Positions 36,296-46,723 are shown, counted from the stretch's first letter. The stretch is 64,000 nt of DNA from Nanobdellati archaeon (GCA_027007025.1 JALTFL010000002.1:100006-164005); one strand, 5' to 3'. Numbers and translations: made by a program. The notes: a model not told the origin generated them from the letters alone.

Positions 36296-37663
36296 TTATT
36301 CACCTTCTATAATTTTGTTTGCAATTTTAACCGCCTTATCAGCGAGTTCCTTTTTGATTAGGTTTTCGCTTGAAACTCTTTCAAGCTTTTCCATATCTAT
36401 CACTTTTTTTTCGCCACCGACTTCTACTACATCAACTTCTAAGTCAATGTATCTCGCAAAATTAGGATATGTTTCAACAGGAGTATTTATATTAAAATAT
36501 TTTCCTTTTTGCATTCCCGTTTTTCCGAAGTAAGTGTGCTCCACCACCCAACTATTTGGCTTGAATTTTGTTATTGCATAATCACCAGGTTGTATTGTGC
36601 CTCCAATGCCGTCATATCTCCCGCCAGGACGCAATCTTCTCTTTATAACTACTGTCTGCGTTTCTTTGTCTACTGATTCGATTATTCCTCTGAAAATGAT
36701 GTCTCTCTTTCCTATCTTTTTGTGGAATATTTCATAAAACATTCCAACATTCGGCCCGTTCTTTGACAGTGCGGAATCCATTTTTTTTGATATTACATTG
36801 TAGTCAATGTTCTCAAGGGATTCGGCGAAATCAACCGCCAGTGAATATCCTCCAGATTTGAGAAAGTGGTGCCCAGGGATTGTGGTTACGACATTTTTCC
36901 TTAAGTCATCCAATTCTTTTTTTGAAATCGCCCCGAAATCTATGACAAATACTTTCACACCATCCTCTATCTTTTGCGGACTCGTAATACTGTCAAACTT
37001 TTCGCGTATTTCTTTGTCTTTGTCAATTAACCTTTTGATTTCATTCCTTAATTCTTCTTCTTCCTTACCGTTTGCAAAGGCTTTCCAAAGAATACCCCAT
37101 CCTTCTTTTTGTAGCTCGTCGCTGATTTTCTGTAGTTTGTTCACTTCTTCGCCTGAATTGATATATTTGGAAATCTTTGTGAATCCATCTTTTATTAAGA
37201 TTGCATTTTTTCCAAATATCCTTAGTTTGTCTGACAGAATTTTTTTGCCTCTGAATTTTCCCTTAACTTGTACAAGTATTTTTTCTCCTTCCTTGAGCAT
37301 GCCCCAGTAATTTTGGAGGGGCAAAATTCCTTCCTCTCCTCCCAAATCAATTAGGATATTACTTTGTTTTTTGTCTATTCTTTCAATTTTTCCGCAATAA
37401 ATTTCTCCAATTTCTGTTTTTCTGATTGCCGAATCCGAAAAGTGGTTGAAAATTAATTTTGCAACATCTTCTGCATTCGTTCCGCTTATTGTAACGCCAT
37501 TTGAGTCATCTTTGTCATAGATGATTGTTGTTGCGGATTTGTCATCCTTTAAATCACTAAACCTATCATTAGTTAATTTTGAAGGCTGCACTACTTCAAC
37601 GCCTTTTTCTATCAAAAGCTTAGTAAGGGCAGTGGTGTATATCCCCCTTATTTTCACTTTCAT
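36296..37663 (-). CDS. fau-1: FAU-1 AU-rich RNA-binding ribonuclease (S1 plus DUF402)
   Basis: VKIRGIYTTALT, TIPGHH, YFNINTPVE, YIDLEVDVV. Confidence 0.9.
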   Translation of the reverse strand: MKVKIRGIYTTALTKLLIEKGVEVVQPSKLTNDRFSDLKDDKSATTIIYDKDDSNGVTISGTNAEDVAKLIFNHFSDSAIRKTEIGEIYCGKIERIDKKQSNILIDLGGEEGILPLQNYWGMLKEGEKILVQVKGKFRGKKILSDKLRIFGKNAILIKDGFTKISKYINSGEEVNKLQKISDELQKEGWGILWKAFANGKEEEELRNEIKRLIDKDKEIREKFDSITSPQKIEDGVKVFVIDFGAISKKELDDLRKNVVTTIPGHHFLKSGGYSLAVDFAESLENIDYNVISKKMDSALSKNGPNVGMFYEIFHKKIGKRDIIFRGIIESVDKETQTVVIKRRLRPGGRYDGIGGTIQPGDYAITKFKPNSWVVEHTYFGKTGMQKGKYFNINTPVETYPNFARYIDLEVDVVEVGGEKKVIDMEKLERVSSENLIKKELADKAVKIANKIIEGE

Positions 37664-37667
37664 TTGT

Positions 37668-38366
37668 TCATTCACTCTCGGCTGGCGTATACTTTTCTTT
37701 CAATGCCTTTTTCTCTACTTCATAAACTGCTTCGCAGCTTTTTGTTCCTAATTCCATTACTGCTTTCAATTTGTCGTTTGGAAGCTTTCCATCCAACTGA
37801 AGTAAGGTTATCTTTTTCGTTCTTGGCATATATGCCATTGGAATATCTGAAGTCCCTTCTATGTCTTCTTCTTCCTTGTTCAAATCTATGACAACTTCAC
37901 CATTTACATGTCCAGCTGCAACTGCGGCAACCATATCTTTCATTGCAATTCCTGCATCTGCGAGTGCCATTGCTGCTGCTGATATAGCTGCGCATCTTGT
38001 TCCCGCGTCTGCCTGAATTATGCTTACAAAAACCTCAATTTGCGTCTTTGGATACTCCTTTAGGAATATAGCGGGCGCAAGAGCATTTTTGATTACCATG
38101 CTCAATTCTATGCTTCTTCTGTCTGGTCCAGGTCGTTTCCTTTCCGGAACAGAGAAGGAGTACATGTCGTAGTAACATTTCAATATCGCCTTTTCAGGGT
38201 CTTCTAAATGGCGTGGGACCACTTTTTTTGGTCCATATACTCCTGCTACAGCGATGGTATTTCCAATTCTAAACATGGCTGAGCCATCAGCTTCTTCAAT
38301 AACTCCTACTTTTGCTTCAATATCACGCATTTCATCAACTTTTCTTCCATCTGGTCTTTTACTCAT
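37668..38366 (-). CDS. rrp41: Exosome subunit Rrp41
   Basis: RPDGR, ADGSA, VYGP, RRSIELS, QADAGTR. Confidence 0.97.
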   Translation of the reverse strand: MSKRPDGRKVDEMRDIEAKVGVIEEADGSAMFRIGNTIAVAGVYGPKKVVPRHLEDPEKAILKCYYDMYSFSVPERKRPGPDRRSIELSMVIKNALAPAIFLKEYPKTQIEVFVSIIQADAGTRCAAISAAAMALADAGIAMKDMVAAVAAGHVNGEVVIDLNKEEEDIEGTSDIPMAYMPRTKKITLLQLDGKLPNDKLKAVMELGTKSCEAVYEVEKKALKEKYTPAESE

Positions 38367-39057
38367 TTTTAACACCTTCTTTTTCCAACATTTCCTTAAC
38401 TTTATCTGTGAGTCCTGATAAATGGGCTTCTTTTTCAATTAGCTTGACTGCCTTTTCAACCAGGTACTGTCCTTCAAGGGGACCGTTCACCCATATGTAG
38501 CCATTTTGTCCAACATTGATGTCACAGTTAGTATACTTTTTAATCATCACAATCATGCTGCCGCTTTTACCTATTAATCTTGGAACTTTGCTAGGTGTTA
38601 TAGTTATAATCCTTCCACCATTTAATTTTCTCAATCCTTGCTCGCGCATGCTTAACTGGATGATTTTTGATTTTGTCACGTTGTAGATATTCGCGACAAT
38701 TATATCTCCAACGTCAAAATACCTGCTCAAATCGGACCTTAAAAGCTCTAATCTCCCTCTTACAGATTCTCCAACAGGTAGGTTTGCGTCATAAGGCGAG
38801 CCTATATCTACTGTCCAACCGGAAAATCCAGTATTAGTTATAACACCTATGATAGTATCTCCTCTTTTTGGCATATAATACCCATTTAATGGGACTATTC
38901 TTATCACATGTTGTTTTACTTCTAAGAGTCCCAATTTTTTTGCGTACACACTTTCTCCTTCTCTAAATGTTCCCATTGAAGGTAGAAAGTCCATCCCTTT
39001 AGCGACTTCTTCGCCAGGAATTACAATTTCTTTTTCATTTACTAATAGTTCACTCAT
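38359..39057 (-). CDS. rrp4: Exosome RNA-binding subunit Rrp4
   Basis: IVIPGE, YMPKRGD, KVPRLIGKSGSM, GQNGYIW, HLSGLT. Confidence 0.96.
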   Translation of the reverse strand: MSELLVNEKEIVIPGEEVAKGMDFLPSMGTFREGESVYAKKLGLLEVKQHVIRIVPLNGYYMPKRGDTIIGVITNTGFSGWTVDIGSPYDANLPVGESVRGRLELLRSDLSRYFDVGDIIVANIYNVTKSKIIQLSMREQGLRKLNGGRIITITPSKVPRLIGKSGSMIVMIKKYTNCDINVGQNGYIWVNGPLEGQYLVEKAVKLIEKEAHLSGLTDKVKEMLEKEGVKNE

Positions 39058-39361
39058 TTGTATCACCTTTTACGAAATTATACATATCAAGAAGCCCTTC
39101 TCTTTTGAGGTATCCTTCAGCTTCTTTTTCAAAGTAAATCCCTATGTTACTTAATTTATCAATGGGAATGGTTACTAACCCAACTGTTTCGCTTTTGGTT
39201 GTTTTGTTTTCCCCTTTGATATACAGTCTGGAGTAATGAACTCCAATTTCATTGCCTGATATGATTACTTCATTAACCTCAATTGCTAGTTTATCCTTCT
39301 TGTCTATTAACAATATTAACTCCTCTCTTGTATGGAGTAATTTGTCTATTGTTTCATCCAT
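39050..39361 (-). CDS. Hypothetical protein inserted in the exosome operon
   Basis: GGTGA SD; coupled to the SBDS gene and rrp4. Confidence 0.65.
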   Translation of the reverse strand: MDETIDKLLHTREELILLIDKKDKLAIEVNEVIISGNEIGVHYSRLYIKGENKTTKSETVGLVTIPIDKLSNIGIYFEKEAEGYLKREGLLDMYNFVKGDTNE

Positions 39362-39365
39362 TTTT

Positions 39366-40052
39366 TCACCTTTCTTCTATCTGAACATCGCCATGTGTCT
39401 TTTTATTTAGTTCATCCATGAAATCTTCAGCCATCTTTGCGGGCATTTCTATTTCTGCTTGTAATGCTCCACTACCGAGCCAGGTTTCTTTTGAAATTTT
39501 TCCATACTTTTTTAAAATGCCGTAGCAAGCCCCAGAGTGCTGCGCCGGAATTATCACTTCGAACTTTCTTTTTTCAAAACTTAGCGGTAAGATTGGCCGT
39601 AGCTTTTCCACGACTGTCTGGAGCTGTTCTTCTGCTGATTTGAATGGGTCAAAGTTTATGTGTGCTTGTTCTATCGCGAGCTCCAGTCTTTGTGGTGGAA
39701 TTGGTAGTTTCGTGCGAGGGTCCATTGCGGATTCAACTATTTTACCTATTACTTCTTTCTTTTTTTGCTCGGTAAGTTTTCTTTTGTATTCCGCAGTTAA
39801 TTGTATCTCGCCATGCTTGATTATTTGCGCCGCTATCTTTTCTATGTTGTCAGTTCCAAATGCTTCATACAGGTGCGGAGCTACTTCTCCCTTCTTTGCA
39901 TCTTTGAAGATGTTTCTAACTGCGAGAACATCATTTATATCAATTGAATTATCTTTCCGGAACTTAATAGCCAATTCACAATCGACAAGAACCTCAAATT
40001 TTTCTCCATTCTTTTTTAGTTTAGCTATCACAGCGTCTTCAATATTTACCAT
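39366..40052 (-). CDS. Ribosome maturation protein SBDS/Sdo1
   Basis: GEKFEVLVD, IFKDAKKG, GEIQLT, DPRTKLPIPP. Confidence 0.96.
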   Translation of the reverse strand: MVNIEDAVIAKLKKNGEKFEVLVDCELAIKFRKDNSIDINDVLAVRNIFKDAKKGEVAPHLYEAFGTDNIEKIAAQIIKHGEIQLTAEYKRKLTEQKKKEVIGKIVESAMDPRTKLPIPPQRLELAIEQAHINFDPFKSAEEQLQTVVEKLRPILPLSFEKRKFEVIIPAQHSGACYGILKKYGKISKETWLGSGALQAEIEMPAKMAEDFMDELNKKTHGDVQIEER

Positions 40053-40064
40053 TGTTGTCCTCGC

Positions 40065-40784
40065 TTATTTTTTCAGATGCTTCTCAATGTCTGTTTTGTT
40101 TAGCTTCTTGAACCCTTTATCTTTTGAGATTACTGCTATGTCAATTCTGTCTTTGCTGAATTTTGCACCCAATGCTTTTTTGAGCGCAGAAATAGCCAAT
40201 TTGACTCCCTGTTCAACATTTATATTCTCTTTATATGATTCGTCTAAATATTTTTTTACAATTGGCGCCCCTTCACCTATGCTTGTCGCTTTGTATTCAA
40301 AGTAAATCCCGCTAGGTTCTGTTAAGAATAGTCTTGGGCCTGTTGAGTCAATTCCACCAATTAAGAGCGCGACTCCGAAGGGTCTTGCTCCGCCATATTG
40401 TGTGAAAATGTGCTGCTGGTCGCAGACATCTTTAACTAAAGATAATACATCTATCCTTTCGTCATATGTTATCTTATGGCTTTGGGCTTTTGTTTGAGCC
40501 CTTTGAATTAATACTCTACCATCTGATAAAATTCCTGTCATAGCAGCACCTGTATATTTGTCTATTTGGTACACTTTTTCAACACTTTCAGGGATGATGA
40601 GTTTTTCGGTTATCCTTTTATCCGCAACAAATACCACTCCATCTTTGCATTTTATTCCTATGGCAGTAGCACCTTGAGACACCGTTTTTTTTGCATATTC
40701 GACTTGCAGAAGTCTTCCATCTGGAGAAAAGACCGTTATTGCCCTATCATACCCCATTATGTCGTGAGGTATCATTTCACCCAT
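40065..40784 (-). CDS. psmA: Proteasome alpha subunit
   Basis: GYDRAITVFSPDGRLLQVEYA. Confidence 0.98.
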   Translation of the reverse strand: MGEMIPHDIMGYDRAITVFSPDGRLLQVEYAKKTVSQGATAIGIKCKDGVVFVADKRITEKLIIPESVEKVYQIDKYTGAAMTGILSDGRVLIQRAQTKAQSHKITYDERIDVLSLVKDVCDQQHIFTQYGGARPFGVALLIGGIDSTGPRLFLTEPSGIYFEYKATSIGEGAPIVKKYLDESYKENINVEQGVKLAISALKKALGAKFSKDRIDIAVISKDKGFKKLNKTDIEKHLKK

Positions 40785-41098
40785 TTTATTACCTCCTTTA
40801 TTTTTTTTAGAGTTCCATAAACTTTTAATGTTTTGAGTATCACTTGTTTTTTGTTTATTTCTTTTATATACCCCATTGCTACTTTGGCTTTTTGAACATA
40901 TCTATGATCTATTTGAAGGACAAATCTATTTTCTTTTGTTAATTCGGATAATATCCGCGGATTTGCCTCGCTTAGACCAAAAGCGCCAAAGAGCTCCTTC
41001 ATGCTGTTTTTTATTGATTTTTCTATTGAATTTTCATCAAATTTACTATCTGAAATAATTTCGAAGGATATATATCTTTTTCTATATGGTTTTTTCAA
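40772..41098 (-). CDS. rnp2: RNase P protein component 2 (Pop5)
   Basis: KRYISFEI, LFGAFG, VYGTLKK; operon position. Confidence 0.88.
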   Translation of the reverse strand: MKKPYRKRYISFEIISDSKFDENSIEKSIKNSMKELFGAFGLSEANPRILSELTKENRFVLQIDHRYVQKAKVAMGYIKEINKKQVILKTLKVYGTLKKIKEVIKWVK

Positions 41099-41693
41099 CT
41101 ATTTCCACCCCTGGCATCACATATTTCCCTTCTTTTTTTAGCTTCTGTCTTTTTGCGATTTTTTCCTGGAAATCAAAAAGTGCTTTTTTTGCAGAATTTC
41201 TCTGGAGCCCGAGAACTTCGCCGAGAGCGATAAGCTCGCTTACCCCTCTTAATTCCCATTTTGTTTTGGCGCCGGATACAATGATTATTGGCGTTTTATA
41301 CTTCTTTGCTAGGAATATTGTACGCTTCATTTTTGCTATTGTCTTTTGTGGCTCTTTTGAGTTGAGCAAATCGTTGAAGGATATCACAACTGCGATGTTT
41401 TTTTCTGCCATTTCTTTAATTAGAGGATATTTCACAAACGAGTGAATCCCGTCCACAAGACATCTTTTTATTGCCATTTTTTGGACTTTTTCGTTGGATT
41501 TGTCAAGCATTATAAAGTCTGCCTTTAACTTTGCCGCCTTTTTCAGTTCATTCGGGTTTTTTGCAGTTACTTTTTCACCTTTCAGGATTTGGATTTTTTT
41601 GCTTTTTGATTCTCCAAACATACATGCTCCTTTGAACCCCAAGTCTATCAAAAGCTTCTCGTCAAATTCTTCGACCCAAAAATCCCAAAACAT
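41082..41693 (-). CDS. rnp3: RNase P protein component 3 (Rpp30)
   Basis: PIIIVSGA....ELR, MPGVEIV C-terminus; operon position. Confidence 0.85.
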   Translation of the reverse strand: MFWDFWVEEFDEKLLIDLGFKGACMFGESKSKKIQILKGEKVTAKNPNELKKAAKLKADFIMLDKSNEKVQKMAIKRCLVDGIHSFVKYPLIKEMAEKNIAVVISFNDLLNSKEPQKTIAKMKRTIFLAKKYKTPIIIVSGAKTKWELRGVSELIALGEVLGLQRNSAKKALFDFQEKIAKRQKLKKEGKYVMPGVEIVEKTI

Positions 41694-41696
41694 ATT

Positions 41697-42173
41697 TTAC
41701 TCACCGAACCAATCCTTAAATTTTTGTCTAACTGTTTTTATTTGATTTATAGTTGCTTTCTCTAAAAAGTCAAATATATCTGCATTAAACTTTTCAGCTG
41801 TTTTTATTAAATTTACCACATCCCTTTTGGCAATTTTGAAATCAACATAGTATTGTTTATCTATTCTTTCTTTTTTTGCTTCTAAAATATCTTTATTGTT
41901 TATTCCAAATAGTTTCTTCAGAAGTATAGTTGATGCGCTGTGGTTTTCCGATTTTATGCCAAAGTGGTATAATAATGCAAGCAGAGAGTAGTACATGCTA
42001 TAATATGTCATTGAGGTTGCTTCTTCAAGTTTTTTATTCTTTAGCAGGAGTTTTGCTGATTCAAGATAACTTTCTGATTTATCCAAGTAAGCTTGTTTCA
42101 CTTCGTTGCTCGGTTCGGTAAGCTTTAACTTACCTTCTATTTTTACTTTCTTCAAAAAATCCAACTTTTTCAT
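41697..42173 (-). CDS. HEPN-domain protein (MNT-HEPN toxin component)
   Basis: YYSMYY...SENH...RIDKQY pattern; overlaps the MNT gene. Confidence 0.85.
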   Translation of the reverse strand: MKKLDFLKKVKIEGKLKLTEPSNEVKQAYLDKSESYLESAKLLLKNKKLEEATSMTYYSMYYSLLALLYHFGIKSENHSASTILLKKLFGINNKDILEAKKERIDKQYYVDFKIAKRDVVNLIKTAEKFNADIFDFLEKATINQIKTVRQKFKDWFGE

Positions 42174-42696
42174 AATATTCATCTACACCTTTTAAAATTA
42201 TATGGTTTTTTTCTATCTCCTTTATCAACAAATTTGTTCTGTTGAATAAGCCTATTTTAACACTCACTCTTGAATATGTTGTCTCTATCTCTTTTTTTAT
42301 TTGTCTACTTTTAGTCTCGATAAAGATATCTATGTCGCTCTTATCTGTTGCTGTTCCTTTCGCGAATGAACCAAACAATATAGCGAGCTTTATCCTCTTA
42401 TCTTTTAGCATTTTTTGAAATATTTTTCTAAGGAAAGGATATTTCTTAAGTAACTTTATTGCTTTATAATATTCCAAGATTTTAAGCAATTTGAATGATT
42501 CAATTGTTTTCTTTAAAAAAATGATTTTATTTTTTCCTTCCTCCCTATAATCAATTACATTCCCTTCATAAAGTTCCTTCACTTTTCTTGCGATAGTTGT
42601 CTGATTGGTTTTTAGTTTTCTTGCTATTTCCCTTATGTGCGTTTCTTCTTTGGATAAAATAGATATTATCTCTAGTTTGTAATCTTTTTGTGACAT
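42130..42696 (-). CDS. wHTH plus minimal nucleotidyltransferase (MNT antitoxin)
   Basis: HIREIARKL HTH; LFGSFAKG...SDIDIF; start reassigned to ATG 42696. Confidence 0.88.
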   Translation of the reverse strand: MSQKDYKLEIISILSKEETHIREIARKLKTNQTTIARKVKELYEGNVIDYREEGKNKIIFLKKTIESFKLLKILEYYKAIKLLKKYPFLRKIFQKMLKDKRIKLAILFGSFAKGTATDKSDIDIFIETKSRQIKKEIETTYSRVSVKIGLFNRTNLLIKEIEKNHIILKGVDEYYEKVGFFEESKNRR

Positions 42697-42704
42697 ATGT
42701 AACA
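42689..42704. promoter_or_regulatory. Near-perfect 16-bp palindrome over the MNT start codon (candidate autoregulatory operator)
   Basis: TGTGACATATGTAACA. Confidence 0.5.
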
Positions 42705-42794
42705 AAAAAATTACAGAGTTTATAAACTTTTGCAATAATTCTCTGTGGGCAAACTTTAAAAAGGCAAAACTTTGAGGTAAATTAGTGATTTTCA

Positions 42795-42980
42795 ATGGCA
42801 AAATTCAAAGAGGCGCAGGACAGGCTTTTCAAGAACGTTTTTGTATGCAGGTCTTGCAAGTCAAAAATAAGGGCAGACCCACAAAAAGTAAGGCAGGGAA
42901 AAGTTAAGTGCCGTAAGTGTGGCTCAAAACAGCTTCGTCCTAAACACAAAGAAGTAAAAGGCGCCGGCGGCAAGAAATAA
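42795..42980 (+). CDS. rpl40e: 50S ribosomal protein L40e
   Basis: MAKFKEA..RLF...VCRSC...KCRKCGSKQLRPK. Confidence 0.9.
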   Translation: MAKFKEAQDRLFKNVFVCRSCKSKIRADPQKVRQGKVKCRKCGSKQLRPKHKEVKGAGGKK

Positions 42981-43008
42981 TTAAAATTTTTTATTTAACA
43001 GTTCTTTA

Positions 43009-43929
43009 TTATATGGTATCTTCTACAGAAAGAGTATTAATTTTTGTTTCCCCATTTTTGATGTCGAATGTCTTGACTAAATCCTCTTTTGGAGAATATT
43101 CAATTTTATCATGCCATCCGAGAATGGATTTTCCATCTTCATCGACAAATCCCATTTTTATTTTTCTCTTGCTATTATCTGTAATTACTTTGCCAACTAA
43201 CAGATAAACTTTGTCATCTTCTATTAGCATTTTTTCTCTTGACTCTTTGTCATGTTCAAATATGTACTCTCCGTATTCTAAGTCATATTGTGGCATGTAT
43301 ATTCTGTTTCTAGTACAGCATCCTAAGAAATAGGGGATTGTGTTTGGACTTCCAAAAACATCTTTCATAGTTGGATATTCCATTATTCTCCCTGTGAGTA
43401 TATAATCATTTTTAGAGGCATCCCATATCTCACCTTTTGTCACAACATATATTCTTTCATTTACATAAAGTATGTTTGCACTAAAAGTGAACAAGCTCGC
43501 CCTTTTTTTGGGGTCTTCAGATATGGACGCAATTGGTCCATTTTTATTGAATACCCACGCTCTTCCACCAAAATATGCATCTGATTTTAATGATTTGTCC
43601 GCATCTGGAAGTTTTACATCAGATTCCATCCACACTACTGCAAGCAAATCCTCTATTTTATCACTGTCTTTGCTTTTTTTTACTTCGCCTATCTGTGATA
43701 TTGTGAAGTTAGGGCTGATGTTGTTGGACAATAATTCTCTTACATCAGGAGTCATTACTACATCTTCTAATTTGGGGAATACATTATTTTTAATTGGGAA
43801 CCACTTTAATCCATAGAATTCAGATTCATGCCCCGGTAGCAATAAGAGTGGAACGTTCCCCATATTAATTATAGAATCATCCATTGTTTCTTCTATATAT
43901 CTAAATGGTGGAACTCTTTTGAGATACAT
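43009..43929 (-). CDS. Hypothetical beta-rich protein
   Basis: ~306-aa ORF; C-terminal MGFVDEDGKSILGWHDKI resembles a WG-like repeat. Confidence 0.65.
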   Translation of the reverse strand: MYLKRVPPFRYIEETMDDSIINMGNVPLLLLPGHESEFYGLKWFPIKNNVFPKLEDVVMTPDVRELLSNNISPNFTISQIGEVKKSKDSDKIEDLLAVVWMESDVKLPDADKSLKSDAYFGGRAWVFNKNGPIASISEDPKKRASLFTFSANILYVNERIYVVTKGEIWDASKNDYILTGRIMEYPTMKDVFGSPNTIPYFLGCCTRNRIYMPQYDLEYGEYIFEHDKESREKMLIEDDKVYLLVGKVITDNSKRKIKMGFVDEDGKSILGWHDKIEYSPKEDLVKTFDIKNGETKINTLSVEDTI

Positions 43930-43960
43930 ACCATAAACACACAATAATTTTATTTAAATC

Positions 43961-45505
43961 TTATGTATACTTCTCGAAAATTTCCTTTGCTTTTTCCTTT
44001 CCAATGCTGTCAATTAACTCAAACAGACGGGGTCCTCTCTCTTTGTTTAATAAAATTTTGTAACATAGTTTGAAGAACTCTTTTCCCATTCCCATTCCGC
44101 TTTCCTTTCCGATGTCGTAAATTGCGTTTTCAGTCAAATTATCCATTTTGTCAACCAGCATCTTGACTGCCTTTTTTTCGTCTTTATTTAACTCTAAATG
44201 TTTTTCTTCATGGATTTGGAACTTGTATTTTTCATCGGCGTATTTGTCTGCCCAGTTCCTCGCCATTTCAATTAGTTTATTTAATCTTTTTTTGTCGAAT
44301 TCTGTCATGTTTTCTTTTAGGTGCTTGCTTTGCTTGAGTTTGTTTAGCACACTTTCGTTGTCTTTGTAAATTTGGGACAGGAATACAAGATATTTGAATG
44401 GCACCTGAATTGGCAATTCTTTTGGCATTTCAACTACAGACATTTCATAAACTCTTTTGAGATGCTTTTGTCTCTTTTCATCAATTTCTTCCTTGTCAAA
44501 ATAAACCCTTTCTGTGAAATAAAAGTCTTCGTACACCTTGAATATCTCATCATCCATGGGAACAGCAAATTCTTTATTCGGGCGAGTCCCTGCGTAAAAA
44601 TACCTTACAATTTCAGGAAGATAAATCCTGTTCAAATCCTTCAATGCAATTACGTTTCCAAGGGAGCCTGACATCTTCCCGCCTTGCCCTTTTAATATGA
44701 CAAAGTCATACATCTGATACACAGGTGGCTCGTAGTTGAAAATTTCTTTTGAAATTATCGTGCTGGTGGTTCTGCTTCCACCAGGGGTGGAATGTTCCTT
44801 CCCTCCCGGCTCGAAGTCGACGTTGTAAAACCTCCATCTCATTGCCCAATCAGTTCTCCATCTCAATTTAACTCTTCCCTCTTTGGAAAAGTCTATCTCT
44901 TCTTCATTCCCACACTTGCATTTGTATTTAATTTTATAATTTCCATCATAAGAAATAACTTTTGTGGAGTCCTTTCCGCATTTTGTACAATAAACTTGAA
45001 TGGGATACCAATTCTCCGGCAAAGGCTCCTTTCTATACTTGTTCAAAATTTCAATTATGTCTTTTCTTTTTTGGAGCGCCTCTTTTATACTTTCAGCGTA
45101 TGTGCAGGAGGAATATTTCTCATTTTCGTAAATATACTCTGGGATTACACCGACTGCTTTTGCAGCTTCTTCAAATTCCTTTTCGAAATGCTCTGCATAA
45201 CTTTTATGACATCCAAATGGGTCAGGAGTTTCTGCCACAGGAATTCCTATGTACTTTTCCCATTCTTTTGGCACATTTTTTGGAACTTTTCTGAATCTAT
45301 CAAAGTCGTCCCAAGAATGAATATATCTTACTTTTACTCCCTTTGACTCCAGCGCCCGTCGGACTATATCGACAGTCATCTCTTCCCTAAAATTACCTAT
45401 GTGGACAATTCCGCTTGGAGTTATTCCGCTTGAGATGATATACATATCCTTATTTCTTTCTATGATTTTTTTTGCTATTTTGTCGGCCCAATAAATCTCT
45501 TCCAT
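43961..45505 (-). CDS. lysS: Class I lysyl-tRNA synthetase
   Basis: SGITPSGIVHIGN, WRTDWAMRW, EPGGKEH, KMSGSLGN. Confidence 0.97.
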   Translation of the reverse strand: MEEIYWADKIAKKIIERNKDMYIISSGITPSGIVHIGNFREEMTVDIVRRALESKGVKVRYIHSWDDFDRFRKVPKNVPKEWEKYIGIPVAETPDPFGCHKSYAEHFEKEFEEAAKAVGVIPEYIYENEKYSSCTYAESIKEALQKRKDIIEILNKYRKEPLPENWYPIQVYCTKCGKDSTKVISYDGNYKIKYKCKCGNEEEIDFSKEGRVKLRWRTDWAMRWRFYNVDFEPGGKEHSTPGGSRTTSTIISKEIFNYEPPVYQMYDFVILKGQGGKMSGSLGNVIALKDLNRIYLPEIVRYFYAGTRPNKEFAVPMDDEIFKVYEDFYFTERVYFDKEEIDEKRQKHLKRVYEMSVVEMPKELPIQVPFKYLVFLSQIYKDNESVLNKLKQSKHLKENMTEFDKKRLNKLIEMARNWADKYADEKYKFQIHEEKHLELNKDEKKAVKMLVDKMDNLTENAIYDIGKESGMGMGKEFFKLCYKILLNKERGPRLFELIDSIGKEKAKEIFEKYT

Positions 45506-45583
45506 GTTTCTTCACATATGTTGTCTGTTTATTAATTTTTATATTAAATTAACTTTATAAACTACATTGGTTTTGCTATTTTC

Positions 45584-46723
45584 ATGAATTGGGACTTGGT
45601 TTCAGCAGTTGTGTTTTATGGCATTGTGGCATTGATTATCTACATCTACAGAAAAAAAATTAAGGTAATAGACAAAGTTTTTATAACCTACAGGACTAAG
45701 AAAGGATTAAATTTCATGCGCAACCTTGCGAAATACAAGCTTTTCTGGAAGATTTTTTCCACCCTTGCCATACCAGTAGTTGTTGGTGGAATGTTGCTTA
45801 TAGGTTATTCATTATTTAAAAATCTCATAGCAATTGTTAATGGAGTCGGAGGACAAGGAGTTCAACTTTTGGTTCCCGGCTTTACGGTTCCATTTTGGCC
45901 AAGCATTATAGCAATAGCCGTGCTTGTTATTGTTCACGAGTTTAGTCATGGCATTGTCGCAGCCATGGAAGGGATTAAGTTAAAATCCGTCGGTGTTGGA
46001 TTGTTTACCATACTTCCACTGGCATTTGTGGAGCTTGATGAAAAGCAGATGATGAAAAAAAGCAAGCTTGCAAGGCTTAGAGTTTTATCAGCTGGCCCAT
46101 TTGCGAATGTTGTAACATGGGGTATCTTATTTGGATTTCTTTCCCTTGTTGTTGCTCCTGTCTTGAATGGTATTATTATTTATGATGGGGTTAACATAAA
46201 CACCGTCGAAAATGGTACTCCAGCTTATCTTTCAGGATTAGAAAAAGGGGATGTGATTACTGCAATCAACAACAATTCTATAGGTACTATTAACGAGTTC
46301 ATTACCGTTATGAAAACTATTAATCCGGGAGATAAAATTACAATTACTGCTAACAATACTGTATTTAATGTGACTACGATTGCAAACCCGAGTGATTCAT
46401 CACGCCCGTATATAGGAATTGTTGTTACACCTGAATCTCATATATCCCAATCCGCAAGAGAGAAATATGGTACTGGATTAGATGTGTTTTTGTGGAGTAT
46501 AAATGTGATAAAATGGATTGCATTAATTAATCTGTTTGTTGGGCTTATTAATTGTATACCTGTTTGGGCAATAGATGGTGGAAGAGTTATGTATGATTTA
46601 TTAGGATATGTTATTAAGAGCGATAAAATAAAGACGCTATTGCTCCATACTACATCAGCAATTTATATCACACTAATTGTCTTTAACTTTATAGGTCCAT
46701 GGTTGTTTAAAATCATTGGTTAA
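45584..46723 (+). CDS. Site-2 protease (M50) with PDZ domain
   Basis: HEFSH, AGPFAN, PDZ, NCIP...DGG. Confidence 0.93.
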   Translation: MNWDLVSAVVFYGIVALIIYIYRKKIKVIDKVFITYRTKKGLNFMRNLAKYKLFWKIFSTLAIPVVVGGMLLIGYSLFKNLIAIVNGVGGQGVQLLVPGFTVPFWPSIIAIAVLVIVHEFSHGIVAAMEGIKLKSVGVGLFTILPLAFVELDEKQMMKKSKLARLRVLSAGPFANVVTWGILFGFLSLVVAPVLNGIIIYDGVNINTVENGTPAYLSGLEKGDVITAINNNSIGTINEFITVMKTINPGDKITITANNTVFNVTTIANPSDSSRPYIGIVVTPESHISQSAREKYGTGLDVFLWSINVIKWIALINLFVGLINCIPVWAIDGGRVMYDLLGYVIKSDKIKTLLLHTTSAIYITLIVFNFIGPWLFKIIG

